Notes under the pieces: model-generated
What the model saw: the letters and a program-made list of their open reading frames with translations, nothing else
What the model was told of the DNA's origin: nothing
Database searches by the model: none
Program-made: the position numbers and the translations under genes
Origin: a virus
Lineage: Duplodnaviria; Caudoviricetes
IMG/VR virus record: IMGVR_UViG_3300012000_000021
Coordinates: 1-54,258 of that record
Strand: one strand, 5' to 3'
DNA: 54,258 nucleotides
Shown here: one piece after another, positions 1 through 9,829 of the stretch
Layout of the letters: every line of letters starts with the position of its first letter
Numbering within the stretch: position 1 is the first letter of the stretch

Positions 1-321
1 TACCACGCTGGTAGATGTGACACCTGTTGCTTGAAATGTATAGGAGGTCTGAGATTGTAGGCCTGTGACTGTGACAGGTGATGCACCGCTGGCAGTGAAA
101 GAGCCAGGTGAACTGATCACGTTATAAGTTGCAGGAGTTCCACCTGTTGTAGCAGCAGTGATCGCAACAGTGGCAGCACCATTGTTGTAGGCACGTGAAG
201 TACCTACGTTGGTAGCGACAATGGCTGTCGGTGCATCAGGAAAGTCCATGATCTCGGATACTGCTGAGAGACCATCAGGGGTACCTTCGATGCGTTCATC
301 TTGTGCTCTGCGGATAGACAT
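1..321 (-). CDS. FN3-domain tail fibre/adhesin paralog, N-terminal part (runs off the window edge)
   Basis: Own translation from ATG 321: MSIRRAQDERIEGTPDGLSAVSEIMDFPDAPTAIVATNVGTSRAYNNGAATV...VTVTGLQSQTSYTF. This is the same FN3 module as 1251-2804 and 3189-4958. Confidence 0.85.
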   Translation of the reverse strand, partial: MSIRRAQDERIEGTPDGLSAVSEIMDFPDAPTAIVATNVGTSRAYNNGAATVAITAATTGGTPATYNVISSPGSFTASGASPVTVTGLQSQTSYTFQATGVTSTSVV

Positions 322-359
322 AGTGTCTAGTATCTCCTATCATTACTGGAAAAAATTGA

Positions 360-659
360 TTAAGCCGAAATTTCTATTGCAGGAAATTTTATAAAGCCAT
401 CTTTTAGAGTTGCGCCAGCATCTAACTTTTGAGCAGCAGCAAGCATCGACTCTACGGTTGTCTCTGTTACATACCAGTCAGTTAATTCTGAAGGATTGAT
501 TGAGCCTTTGAGTAGGTAGCAGTAGATAAGGGTATCGGGGTCTTGCATATCACCTGTAGCAAAATGAGGTTCAATACGAACGTTGTCATTATTTACAGTA
601 GAGGTAGGGTCAGTACCTTCACCATTAGCCCACTTTAATTTCCATGCGTAGTACTTCAT
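360..659 (-). CDS. hypothetical protein (fibre-associated)
   Basis: 99 aa. ATGA overlap with the upstream gene and an AAGGAG RBS. Confidence 0.75.
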   Translation of the reverse strand: MKYYAWKLKWANGEGTDPTSTVNNDNVRIEPHFATGDMQDPDTLIYCYLLKGSINPSELTDWYVTETTVESMLAAAQKLDAGATLKDGFIKFPAIEISA

Positions 660-1240
660 GCTAACTCCTTCTGGCCTGTTATCTGTTGCATCTCTTGTGA
701 GACTGCACGGATGCCACCTTCTGGAGCCATCTCAAGGGCGCCAATTTGACGAAGAGAGTCCAAATGAGCAGCCTGTGCTTGAGTACCACCAATAGCCTCA
801 AGGGTTGCTTGACGACTTAACCTTTTGTTCCAATATTCTGGCTGTGCTGCTTCAATCTCTTGACGAGTGTACTTGTGCTCAAAAGAGTTATAGATACTCA
901 TCAATGTGTCTAATTCTCTAAATGCCCCAATACCAACGAGGCGAGTCTGTTCAAGACCTAACTCTTTAATTTGAGCATCAATCTCATCTACCTCATCACC
1001 TGTGGCACGAAGTTTGGCAATTTCAATTTCATCTTTCTTCATTTGAAGGCTAACAGTTTTAATAGTGTAATAGAGTTGCTGCAACTCAATAACACACTGC
1101 TGATAGCGCATCTCCTCGGTATCGTGCTGATTAACAACAAATTTCTCTAATTGAAAATCAGAGCGTGCTTGTTGAACCTCAGCCATTGCTAATAAAATAT
1201 CGGGCGTAAACCTTTCAGTTATTTCAGGTAGTAGTTCCAT
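656..1240 (-). CDS. coiled-coil hypothetical protein accompanying the beta-propeller fibre
   Basis: Start moved to ATG 1240 (MELLPEITERF) behind AAGGAG. Helical, Q/E-rich. Confidence 0.75.
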   Translation of the reverse strand: MELLPEITERFTPDILLAMAEVQQARSDFQLEKFVVNQHDTEEMRYQQCVIELQQLYYTIKTVSLQMKKDEIEIAKLRATGDEVDEIDAQIKELGLEQTRLVGIGAFRELDTLMSIYNSFEHKYTRQEIEAAQPEYWNKRLSRQATLEAIGGTQAQAAHLDSLRQIGALEMAPEGGIRAVSQEMQQITGQKELA

Positions 1241-1250
1241 GTGTTGCTCC

Positions 1251-2804
1251 TTATAGTGTTCCTGAGTTAGAGAATCCAGATTGACCGTTACCGCCACTTG
1301 TAGCAATTGTGGTAGCAGATAGTGTAGTAATAGTGTCGTTTGAGAATAACACCTTGTTTATTTGAGTAGTCTTGGTGTTACTGTCAGTAACGTTACCACC
1401 CATTACATATCCTGCAGTACCGCTCTTTGCCACACCTGCTCCATCAAATCTTCCTTGAGAGAAAGTCGCAGAGATTGCTGCAACGGAATCGTTAGAGAAA
1501 GTCAATTTTGCAACTTGAGTTAAAGCAGAACCATTTTCGGCTCCTCCACCCGCCCAGTAACCAGCGGTTCCTGAGTTAGCAAACCCCATGGAATTAGCAC
1601 GAGAAGAAGAGAGTGTTGTTCCTAATGTACTTCTAGTTTCTCCGCTGAATGAGAGTTTCTCAATTCTTGTTGTGTATGAGAATCCTGCAATTTGACCTCC
1701 GCTGTAGTAACCAGCAGTTCCTGAGTTAGCAAATCCAGAGCCGTAAACACTAGGCACGGAGGCAGTAGCCGACAAGGTTGAACCTGCGTCGTTAGAGAAA
1801 GTTATCTTTGTAAACGCATTACGAAGAGTCTGTGGGCTCTGGTTATCACGGCCACCTGTGTAGTAACCAGCAGTTCCTGAGTTAGCAAAGCCTACAGCGC
1901 CGTAAACAGCAGCAACATATGTTGCTGCAATAGTAGAAGAAGATTCGTCAGAAAATACAAGTTTTCTAATTGAGTCAGTGTGTTGGCCAGCAGAGTTCAT
2001 TCCTCCCATGGCGTACCCAGCAGTTCCTGAGTTAGCCATACCAGTAACTATGCCTCTGCCCGTATCAAGGACATTGTCTACTGCAGATACTGTTTCGGAA
2101 CTAAATAGCAACTTATCTGCACGACTTGAGTAACTTGGATAACCGAGGTTACCTCCCACCATAAACCCTGCTGATGGGTCTGGTTTAGGAGTGATTGAAT
2201 TAGATGCGCTAGATGAAACAGATGTACCGTTTGCATTAACTGCTGCAATAGTAAATGTGTATGCCTGTGCAGTTGCAAAAGTTCCTGTAACAGTTAATGG
2301 AGTTGATGTGCCAGAAACAGACAAAGAAACAGAAGGACTGCTAGTTGCTGTGTAAGAGGTAATGGTAGAGCCACCAGTAGCGCCAGCAGTAAAGGGTACA
2401 GACACTACAGTATCGCTAGTTCTTGAAACGGTTCCGATAGTAGGTGCAGCAGGAACAGTGGTTGCAGTGATAGAAGATGATGCGCTAGATGCGGCCCCAG
2501 TTGCAGATGCATTTGTTCCAGTAACAGCAAAGGTATAAGAGGTAGCAGATTGTAATCCAGTAACAGTCAATGGAGATCCAGCACCAGTAGCAGTAAATGA
2601 TCCAGGTGTAGATGTGGCTGTGAAAGAGGTAGAGGTACCACCAGTGGCTGCAGCAGTAAATGCCACAGTCGCAGATCCATTGTTAAATGCACGGGCTGTG
2701 CCTACATTTGTAGCAGCGCCAATAGTGGGTGCATCAGGTACATCAGGGATAGCAACACCGCTCTTGGTGATGCCTGATGTATTAGCACGCTTGATATTAG
2801 CCAT
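1251..2804 (-). CDS. tail fibre/receptor-binding protein: 2x FN3 plus C-terminal beta-propeller repeats
   Basis: FN3 motifs (PDAPTIG...LTVTGL...YTF.V...N), followed by ~50-aa repeats each ending G(F/M)ANSGTAGYxxGG. Confidence 0.8.
   Translation of the reverse strand: MANIKRANTSGITKSGVAIPDVPDAPTIGAATNVGTARAFNNGSATVAFTAAATGGTSTSFTATSTPGSFTATGAGSPLTVTGLQSATSYTFAVTGTNASATGAASSASSSITATTVPAAPTIGTVSRTSDTVVSVPFTAGATGGSTITSYTATSSPSVSLSVSGTSTPLTVTGTFATAQAYTFTIAAVNANGTSVSSSASNSITPKPDPSAGFMVGGNLGYPSYSSRADKLLFSSETVSAVDNVLDTGRGIVTGMANSGTAGYAMGGMNSAGQHTDSIRKLVFSDESSSTIAATYVAAVYGAVGFANSGTAGYYTGGRDNQSPQTLRNAFTKITFSNDAGSTLSATASVPSVYGSGFANSGTAGYYSGGQIAGFSYTTRIEKLSFSGETRSTLGTTLSSSRANSMGFANSGTAGYWAGGGAENGSALTQVAKLTFSNDSVAAISATFSQGRFDGAGVAKSGTAGYVMGGNVTDSNTKTTQINKVLFSNDTITTLSATTIATSGGNGQSGFSNSGTL
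1258..2037. repeat. coding repeat of propeller blades, period about 150-156 bp
   Basis: CCAGC(A/G)GTTCCTGAGTTAGC at about 1561, 1711, 1867 and 2017, with a partial copy at 1258. Confidence 0.85.
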
Positions 2805-2857
2805 GTTGCCTATTGTCTCCTATGGTTACTGAGAAAAAAGTATTACTCAAGCGCAAA

Positions 2858-3160
2858 TTATTGTGCTAGATGAGCAACAAGGGCCTTCAAAGCCTCTGCT
2901 GTTTCAATAGCCGCAAGATTAGCAGCATGCTGTGCTGCTTCACGCTCTTCTTTAAGAGCCGCCGCTGCTAATGCTGCTTCGTGACCCGCTTGCATTTCTG
3001 CAGCGTGAGTGTTGGCCCAAGCAAGAGCGTCGGCTTCTGATGCCCACGGCTCTGATTGACCTGGAAGGTTTGGTTGCATAATGCAGATGTTTCCATCGGA
3101 ATCAATCCATGCTTTGATTCCATCTTCATCATTTGTTATGCGTACTGTGTACTGTGGCAT
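2858..3160 (-). CDS. small fibre-associated protein (possible assembly chaperone)
   Basis: 100 aa directly downstream of a fibre gene. QP..PW.SE..A..WA motif, Ala-rich helix, AAGGAG RBS. Confidence 0.65.
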   Translation of the reverse strand: MPQYTVRITNDEDGIKAWIDSDGNICIMQPNLPGQSEPWASEADALAWANTHAAEMQAGHEAALAAAALKEEREAAQHAANLAAIETAEALKALVAHLAQ

Positions 3161-3188
3161 TTATTTTTTCTCCTTGTTGATTATTGGT

Positions 3189-4958
3189 TTAGGCAAAGGT
3201 TGCGCGGTAATGATAGTTTTCATTTGTATTTGGAGTACCTTGTTGTCTGATAAAACTTACTACATTTCCAACTGCGCCAAGAACTGAATAATCCCAGTTT
3301 GGAACAGCAGTTAAAGCAGTTTGTACTGTGTAGGTAGTGCCATTAAATGTGTATGGCTTTCCACCTATGGGACTACTATTGTATTGAGGCACAACCATTA
3401 CAACTTCACTAACAACAGTTTGATTTACATAGAAAGCATTACTAATGTCACCCCACGGTGCTGAAGTTAAAGCACTCCACGCACTTGTTACAGAGGTACA
3501 TTCATAGGCCGCTGAGTTATTCTGTCTCCAGAACCAACCTTTGCCACCAAAGTTATTATCAACACCAGTGGCGTATTGATTATTCAAGATTGGGCTATCA
3601 ACTCCATTTTGTGTCCAAGCACCACCAAAACTTGTTTGATACCAGGTATAGGGGCCACCTAAAGCATTTCCACCTACTGTTCTAACATTTCCAGTTCCAT
3701 CAAGTGAAGCAAATCCAATACCGAGTCCTTGTTTAGGGAAAACTGACCCTGCTGACCAACTACTTCCATTATAAATTGCTGTTGTATTAGTAATACTAAA
3801 ACCTGAAGTGTATGAACCAATTCTCATAAGAGAATTACTGCTACCACTTGCAGTCAATCTTTGTACAATAGTTTGATAAGTGTCTATGTTCATGTTGCTT
3901 GCTGACCAAGAACTTCCAGTCCATTTGTATCCATTAGGTATAACAGTCTCACCATTGTAAATACCACCACCTACCCAAATCAAACTTGTATTTCCAGCAC
4001 CTTGACCTTGTGTAATAGTATTGCTTGAATTAGGAACACTTGTAGAAACACTCCACGCACCAAGTGCAGGTAATGTTGGGGTCACAGCACTAGAAGCAGA
4101 TGAGGCTGCTGAAGTTCCTGCAGAGTTAGTAGCAGTTACTGTAAATGTGTAAGCAGTTCCATTTGTTAATCCAGAAACTGTAATAGGAGACGCAGAGCCT
4201 GTACCTGTTAATCCACCAGGGCTAGAAGTAACTGTGTACCCAGTAATAGTAGAGCCACCTGTAGCACCCGCTGTAAAGGTAACTGAAGCAGTTCCGTTAC
4301 CAGCAGTTGCCGTTCCAATAGTAGGTGCCTGAGGCACAGATACAGGAGTTACTGAGTTACTTGCAGAAGATGCCGCAGTTGTTCCATTTGCATTTGTTGC
4401 TGTGACGGTATAAGTACGAGCAGTGCCTACTGAATCTGATACAGAAATTGGGCTTGAAGAACCTGTCCCTGTATTACCTGAGGATGAAGTAACTGTATAA
4501 GTTGCAGAAGCACCACCAGTTGCTCCTGGGGTAAAGGTTACAGAGGTGTTAGCAGAGCCTGTGTATGACTGACCAGAGGCAACAGTAGCGGTACCAATTG
4601 TTGGAACTTGAGGAATAGTAGTAGCCGTGATAGAAGAAGAAGAAGCAGAGGTTAATGTGCCATTAGCATTAGCAGCAGAGACTGTAAATGTGTAAGAGGT
4701 GGCACTTTGAAGACCAGTAACAGTAATAGGAGAAGTACCTGTACCAGTAAATGATCCTGGAGTAGAGGTAGCAGTAAAAGTAGTTACTGGCCCACCAGTA
4801 GGTGCGGCTGTATAAGTTACTGTGGCAGCGCCGTTATTGAATGCACGAGAAGTTCCAACGTTAGTTGCAGTGCCGACTGTAGGGGCATCTGGAACGTCAT
4901 CGATAGGTGTTATACCGAACTCGACGCTCTTGAGTGAAACTCTGTTAGTGATAGTCAC
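3189..4958 (-). CDS. tail fibre/receptor-binding protein: 3x FN3 plus kelch-like C-terminal domain
   Basis: Three FN3 repeats (P.APTIGTAT...ITVSGLTNGTAYTFTVTATN), then GG / YNGSSWS kelch-like motifs. Confidence 0.8.
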   Translation of the reverse strand: MTITNRVSLKSVEFGITPIDDVPDAPTVGTATNVGTSRAFNNGAATVTYTAAPTGGPVTTFTATSTPGSFTGTGTSPITVTGLQSATSYTFTVSAANANGTLTSASSSSITATTIPQVPTIGTATVASGQSYTGSANTSVTFTPGATGGASATYTVTSSSGNTGTGSSSPISVSDSVGTARTYTVTATNANGTTAASSASNSVTPVSVPQAPTIGTATAGNGTASVTFTAGATGGSTITGYTVTSSPGGLTGTGSASPITVSGLTNGTAYTFTVTATNSAGTSAASSASSAVTPTLPALGAWSVSTSVPNSSNTITQGQGAGNTSLIWVGGGIYNGETVIPNGYKWTGSSWSASNMNIDTYQTIVQRLTASGSSNSLMRIGSYTSGFSITNTTAIYNGSSWSAGSVFPKQGLGIGFASLDGTGNVRTVGGNALGGPYTWYQTSFGGAWTQNGVDSPILNNQYATGVDNNFGGKGWFWRQNNSAAYECTSVTSAWSALTSAPWGDISNAFYVNQTVVSEVVMVVPQYNSSPIGGKPYTFNGTTYTVQTALTAVPNWDYSVLGAVGNVVSFIRQQGTPNTNENYHYRATFA

Positions 4959-4981
4959 TGGGGTTACCTCTAACTAGTTAA

Positions 4982-5311
4982 TTAGGAAATTTCGCTGCCA
5001 AATAGTGAGAATGAAAGAGTTGCAGTCGAAGCGTATACACGAACCACATCTGTTGTGGCCAAAGTAATTCCTAGAGTCAAAGCAGTTGTGTCTGAGGCTG
5101 CGACTGTTGCACCGTATACGATGTAGTGCTTTGCTTCTGCTGTTGCACCTGCTGGGCTAACCGCAATACGGTAGGTAGCAGCAGAGGCTGCCTGGTTGCA
5201 GATGATGATGGTTGAGCCAACAGTAGATGTTGCTGAAGGCACTGTGTAGAGTGTTGTGAGGGTTGTAGCCGCTGGTGCTGCTTGACCCAAAACTTTGTAT
5301 GCTGTTGCCAT
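4982..5311 (-). CDS. small virion structural protein
   Basis: Start at ATG 5311 (MATAYKVLGQAAPAATTLTTLYTVP...LSFSLFGSEIS) after AAGGAG. All-beta, tail-associated type. Confidence 0.75.
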   Translation of the reverse strand: MATAYKVLGQAAPAATTLTTLYTVPSATSTVGSTIIICNQAASAATYRIAVSPAGATAEAKHYIVYGATVAASDTTALTLGITLATTDVVRVYASTATLSFSLFGSEIS

Positions 5312-5380
5312 GAGACTCCTTCGAAGGGGATGTACATAGGTTAACTGGTACAGAAACTCTATGTGGGCTAAAGTAACGGT

Positions 5381-6382
5381 ATGAATTTGGTGCATAAATC
5401 GGTTTCTCAGGGCGGAAAATTAGCGCCCCTTATCCTGCCTCATAGCCTCACATCTGGTATGGGCTTAATGAATCCATCGATCTTTATCGATGACGATGGC
5501 GACATCCTTGTCAATATTCGCCATGTCAACTACACGCTATACCACTCAGAGCATGACCAACGCTTCTTCAGCCCATGGGGGCCCCTGTCTTATCTGCATC
5601 CTGAAAAAGACCAACGACTAGTTACAACCAACTATCTCTGCCGTCTTGACAAAGATCTTAATGTCATCAATTACACCAAGGTAGATTACTCAGCACTTGA
5701 TGTCCCACCTATCTGGGAGTTTGTTGGTGAAGAGGATTGCCGCATCACTCAGTGGGATGGCAACTACTACCTGATCGGTGTTCGTCGTGATACCACACCT
5801 AATGGTCAGGGTCGCATGGAGTACTCCAAGATCGAGTTGGACAAGAACCACTGGACAGCCAAAGAGGTACAGCGAGTTCGCATACCGCCTCCTATAGACG
5901 TCAACTCATACTGTGAAAAGAACTGGATGCCTATCCTTGATATGCCGTATCACTTTGTGAAGTGGGCTATGCCTACTGAGATTGTTAAGGCTAATCCTGA
6001 TAAGTCTGAGTGTGAGCAGGTACTGGTAAAACAAACACCTTCTACTCCTATTGATCAACGTGGTGGTACTAACATTGTTTCTTGGGGCGATTACTACATC
6101 GCATTTACGCACGAAGTAAAGTTGTGGCGTAACTACCTTAATCAGAAAGACTCGATCTATCGTCACCGCATGATTGTGTGGGATAAGGAGTTCAACTTCA
6201 TTGGTCTGACTAACTCCTTTGCATTCTTAGATACGCCAATCGAGTTCTGTGTAGGAGCCGCTGTTCGTAACGGCAAACTACTGCTAAGTTTTGGTGTGCA
6301 AGATAATGCGGCCTTCGTACTAGAGGTGCCGAAGAAGATTGTAAATGGCTTAGTTACGGAGGCGATGGCATATGGGAATTAA
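5381..6382 (+). CDS. five-bladed beta-propeller glycosidase/glycoside phosphorylase-like protein (GH130/GH43-like)
   Basis: Motifs MNPSI, GEEDCRI, CEKNWMP, RGGT, IEFCVG and LSFGVQD. Confidence 0.7.
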   Translation: MNLVHKSVSQGGKLAPLILPHSLTSGMGLMNPSIFIDDDGDILVNIRHVNYTLYHSEHDQRFFSPWGPLSYLHPEKDQRLVTTNYLCRLDKDLNVINYTKVDYSALDVPPIWEFVGEEDCRITQWDGNYYLIGVRRDTTPNGQGRMEYSKIELDKNHWTAKEVQRVRIPPPIDVNSYCEKNWMPILDMPYHFVKWAMPTEIVKANPDKSECEQVLVKQTPSTPIDQRGGTNIVSWGDYYIAFTHEVKLWRNYLNQKDSIYRHRMIVWDKEFNFIGLTNSFAFLDTPIEFCVGAAVRNGKLLLSFGVQDNAAFVLEVPKKIVNGLVTEAMAYGN

Positions 6383-6932
6383 AGAGATAACAATCGCTCT
6401 TGCTGAAAAGCCTGAGGATGTACAACTCAACTTCGATCTTGCTGAAGCCTATGACAGAGAGAAGCAGTACGCATCTGCTGCAGGGTTCTACTTACGAGCC
6501 GCTGAGTATGGGCACAAGACTCACCCTCTGATTGCTTATGCATCTTTGTTGAAGATGGCGTTGTGCTGGTCTCACCAAGGAGATCGTAATCGAACTGTCT
6601 ACAACAACCTAATGCAGGCTGTTGCATACCTACCTAATCGCCCAGAGGCCTACTTCTTGTTGGCTCGTATTCACGAACGTAACAAGGAATACCAGCAGTG
6701 CTATACCTATGCAGAGATGGGTCTGCTCTATGCAACTACTACCTTCCATAATCCACTGCCAGCATATGTTGATTACAACGGCTCCTACTGCTTGATGTTC
6801 GAGAAGGCGGTAGCAGGTTGGTGGTTAGGCCGCAAAGAAGAAAGTAAAGTTCTATTCCAGCATCTACTCGATGATCACCAGATGGCACCAGAGTATGTAA
6901 GCGGTTGCCTCAATAACTTAAAGTTGTTCTAA
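6372..6932 (+). CDS. TPR-repeat protein
   Basis: Helical repeats, e.g. A..Y.RAAE and QAVAYLPNRPEAYFLLARI. Confidence 0.75.
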   Translation: MGIKEITIALAEKPEDVQLNFDLAEAYDREKQYASAAGFYLRAAEYGHKTHPLIAYASLLKMALCWSHQGDRNRTVYNNLMQAVAYLPNRPEAYFLLARIHERNKEYQQCYTYAEMGLLYATTTFHNPLPAYVDYNGSYCLMFEKAVAGWWLGRKEESKVLFQHLLDDHQMAPEYVSGCLNNLKLF

Positions 6933-6933
6933 T

Positions 6934-7464
6934 ATGTTTCCTAATTGGTTTAAGAGTGTAGAGAAGTACTTCCGTCATGTGCCCAATGTGCCACTTCGTG
7001 CATTACAGATCGGCACTTATACAGGTGATGCCACAGAGTGGCTGCTTAATAACTGCGAGATCGAGTACCTCGATGATGTCGACACCTGGGAGGGAAGTGA
7101 AGAGGTAGCACATGACTCGATTGACTTTACCTCTGTCGAGGATTATTACGACTCACGGTTTAAAGACCCACGCATTACCAAGAACAAGATGACTAGCGAT
7201 GAGTTCTTTTATCGTCCAACTCGCACCTATAACTTCATCTACATCGATGGCGATCACACCGCTTTACAGACCGCCCTCGATGGATTGAATGCCTTCAAAC
7301 TCCTTGAGAAGGGTGGCGTCATGGCCTTTGATGACTACCTATGGAACTACAACGGCAACCCCTTCCTAGAGCCTAAGAGAGGCGTAGACGCCTTCCTAGC
7401 CGTATGTGAGGGACAGTACACAGTCATTGAATCTGGCTATCAGTTGTGGATTGAGAAGTGCTAG
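6934..7464 (+). CDS. class I SAM-dependent methyltransferase (Methyltransf_24-like, glycan O-methyltransferase type)
   Basis: LQIGTYTGDAT motif I, VDTW, FIYIDGDH and GGVMAFDDY. Confidence 0.85.
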   Translation: MFPNWFKSVEKYFRHVPNVPLRALQIGTYTGDATEWLLNNCEIEYLDDVDTWEGSEEVAHDSIDFTSVEDYYDSRFKDPRITKNKMTSDEFFYRPTRTYNFIYIDGDHTALQTALDGLNAFKLLEKGGVMAFDDYLWNYNGNPFLEPKRGVDAFLAVCEGQYTVIESGYQLWIEKC

Positions 7465-8189
7465 ATAACGCCTGCTACGAGGTCTTCCATACGGATACTG
7501 GAAACACACTTCGTAATAAGTCCTATGAGGGAATTGTAGAGGCGCTCTCTTTTCTGCCTCGTCTGGGTTCGCCCACAATGTACTTGAATACAGCAGATAA
7601 GGCTGAGGCGTTTGTCAATCAGACACCTGGATTTAAGGTCAACACAGTCTACGACTACTGTAAACCAGGTGAAACCTTCCCACCATCTGCTGGCGTCATT
7701 GGCGTGTGGGCTAGTAACTATCTGGCTTATAAGAAGTTCCTAGAGACAGATTATGACACCCTGATCATCTTTGAAGATGACATCTTGGTGAGCAAGAACT
7801 TCAAAGAAATTGTCACCATGTACATGCAGGAGTTAATGCCCATCTGGGACTTCTTCTCTTTCTTTGTTCCAGATGATTCTTTGTTCGCCTATAACGAGGC
7901 AGCGCATGATCTTGGTGAAGAGTTTACTTGTCGCTCATACCAGCAGTGGTCCTGTGCAGGTTATGCAGTCAGTCGAAAGGGTGCACAACGTGCAGTTGAA
8001 GATGTGGAATCACGAGGCATCAACTGCCCAGTTGACTGGTACATCTTTAATTTCCGCATGAAGCAAGAAGCAGATCAGATGAAGTTCAATACCTTCACAG
8101 TAAAGCCAGGTGTATACCGCCCTATTAAATTCTTATTAGAGGCAGCACAAATAAGCCAAATACATAGGGGTAGTACAGAACTGCTTTAG
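7458..8189 (+). CDS. glycosyltransferase family 25-like
   Basis: GVIGVWASNYLAYK, LIIFEDD, AGYAVSRKGA and PVDWY match GT25 motifs. Confidence 0.8.
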   Translation: MLDNACYEVFHTDTGNTLRNKSYEGIVEALSFLPRLGSPTMYLNTADKAEAFVNQTPGFKVNTVYDYCKPGETFPPSAGVIGVWASNYLAYKKFLETDYDTLIIFEDDILVSKNFKEIVTMYMQELMPIWDFFSFFVPDDSLFAYNEAAHDLGEEFTCRSYQQWSCAGYAVSRKGAQRAVEDVESRGINCPVDWYIFNFRMKQEADQMKFNTFTVKPGVYRPIKFLLEAAQISQIHRGSTELL

Positions 8190-9560
8190 TTACATTCCAC
8201 CGTATAGAAGAACTGTGACTGTAGGGTTTGCAGATTCAGAACCAATAGTTCCTTGAGCACCTAAGGTTCCCTGTACACCTTGTGGACCGACTGTACCTTG
8301 GGTTCCTTGTGTGGCAATACTTTGTACACCTTGCGTACCCTGTGTTCCTTGAGTACCTACTGCTCCCTGTACACCTAACGTACCTTGAGTACCTTGAATT
8401 CCTTGAGTTCCCTGAGTGCCTTGGGCACCAACTGCTCCCTGAGTACCAAGAGTACCTTGCGTACCTTGGGCACCGTTAGAGCCAACAAAACCAGCAGCAC
8501 CCTGTGCACCTACAGCACCCTGTGCACCTACAGCACCCTGTGCACCTACAGTACCTTGAGCACCAGTGTCACCCTTATCACCAGTACGAGCAAAGGTGAT
8601 TACGATGTCATCTGAGTTAGACAGTGTGCCGTTACCAGATACGTAAGAGCAGTTAACTGTAAACCAGCCAGTGTTATCTGTAAGAGAACCAATTGTGTAA
8701 AGTTTGAATATGCTGTCATCAAACTTCTTAGAGACACGGAAGTGACCCTTGATAGTTGATGTTGAGTCATCAATTGTGTTTAAAAATGTTGAGAGGTCTG
8801 TTGCAGCATCATTACTTGCATCAATGTACATAGCAGTTGCTGTTGTAGGAGACGCATTGAATCTAATGTTTCCTGTACCTGGATCAGAGGCGGTAGTTGT
8901 TGTGCTAAATGTGTAATCAAATGTGGCGCCACCAAAGTTACCTGCAGAACCCTGTACACCTAGAAGTCCTTGTACACCTTGAGTACCTTGAGTACCTTGA
9001 GTACCTTGAGTTCCTTGTGTGCCCTGTGTTCCCTGTGTTCCCTGTGTGCCTTGAGCACCAACTGTACCTTGGCTACCAAGAGTTCCTTGAGTACCTTGAG
9101 CACCTGTTGTACCTTGTACTCCCTGTAATCCTTGAACACCTTGAATTCCCTGAGTACCAGTTGTACCTTGTACACCCTGTGTTCCCTGTGTGCCTTGAGC
9201 ACCAGTAGTTCCTTGAACCGTTGGGACAGAGACATCAATAGCGTTACCGTTTAATGCAAATGTAATGTTGCTACGAGCACCACTAGTAAGCGCATTGTAA
9301 GTATGTTGAACTGTGTGATAGAGGTTAGTTAGACCTTCAGGAAGATCGTCTGTGTTATCTAACGCAGCGCCAGAGATAAGACCAGCAATATCACTGGAGT
9401 CTAGAAAGTAATCTAGGCCGCTCCATGTTGTAGCGCCACCTACACCAATCTTAAATTTTCCAGTATTGGTCTCAAAACCAATCTCACCAGCGGCTAGGAC
9501 TGGATCTGCAGTGCTCCACTGAGTAGCGGTTCCACGTCGGACTTGGATTCTAATTGCCAT
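8190..9560 (-). CDS. collagen-like tail fibre with Mtd/hyaluronidase-type N-terminal anchor
   Basis: N-terminus RIQVRRGTATQWSTADPVLAAGEIGFETNTGKFKIG. G-X-Y repeats flank one globular domain. Confidence 0.85.
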   Translation of the reverse strand: MAIRIQVRRGTATQWSTADPVLAAGEIGFETNTGKFKIGVGGATTWSGLDYFLDSSDIAGLISGAALDNTDDLPEGLTNLYHTVQHTYNALTSGARSNITFALNGNAIDVSVPTVQGTTGAQGTQGTQGVQGTTGTQGIQGVQGLQGVQGTTGAQGTQGTLGSQGTVGAQGTQGTQGTQGTQGTQGTQGTQGTQGVQGLLGVQGSAGNFGGATFDYTFSTTTTASDPGTGNIRFNASPTTATAMYIDASNDAATDLSTFLNTIDDSTSTIKGHFRVSKKFDDSIFKLYTIGSLTDNTGWFTVNCSYVSGNGTLSNSDDIVITFARTGDKGDTGAQGTVGAQGAVGAQGAVGAQGAAGFVGSNGAQGTQGTLGTQGAVGAQGTQGTQGIQGTQGTLGVQGAVGTQGTQGTQGVQSIATQGTQGTVGPQGVQGTLGAQGTIGSESANPTVTVLLYGGM

Positions 9561-9826
9561 TAAGCGTTTCCTCCATCGAAGGTTGTCTCAAAATCAGTAG
9601 TGCCTGCACTTCCACCATCGAGAGTAGTAGTGTCATAGGATGAACCCACGACTCCACCATCTTCTGTTACTGGTTGAATATTTGGCAAAAATTCTATCCA
9701 ACTAACTCCGTTGTACACGAAGAAACTTTGGCTAAGAGAGTTAAAGTAGACGTCACCATCGTACCGTCCAGCAGGTTCTACTCCGCTGGACAGTACGTTG
9801 ATAGGGACGAGTGCTTTTTTACTCAT
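9560..9826 (-). CDS. small tail-associated protein
   Basis: 88 aa, GDVYFNS...VYNGVSW fibre motif, TAATG coupling. Confidence 0.7.
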   Translation of the reverse strand: MSKKALVPINVLSSGVEPAGRYDGDVYFNSLSQSFFVYNGVSWIEFLPNIQPVTEDGGVVGSSYDTTTLDGGSAGTTDFETTFDGGNA

Positions 9827-9829
9827 GTG

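Noticed and set aside
8190-9560. Mtd-type N-terminus suggesting a diversity-generating retroelement
   Set aside because: No reverse transcriptase, C-type lectin tip or adenine-mismatched TR/VR pair was seen in the window. The N-domain is only a virion anchor.
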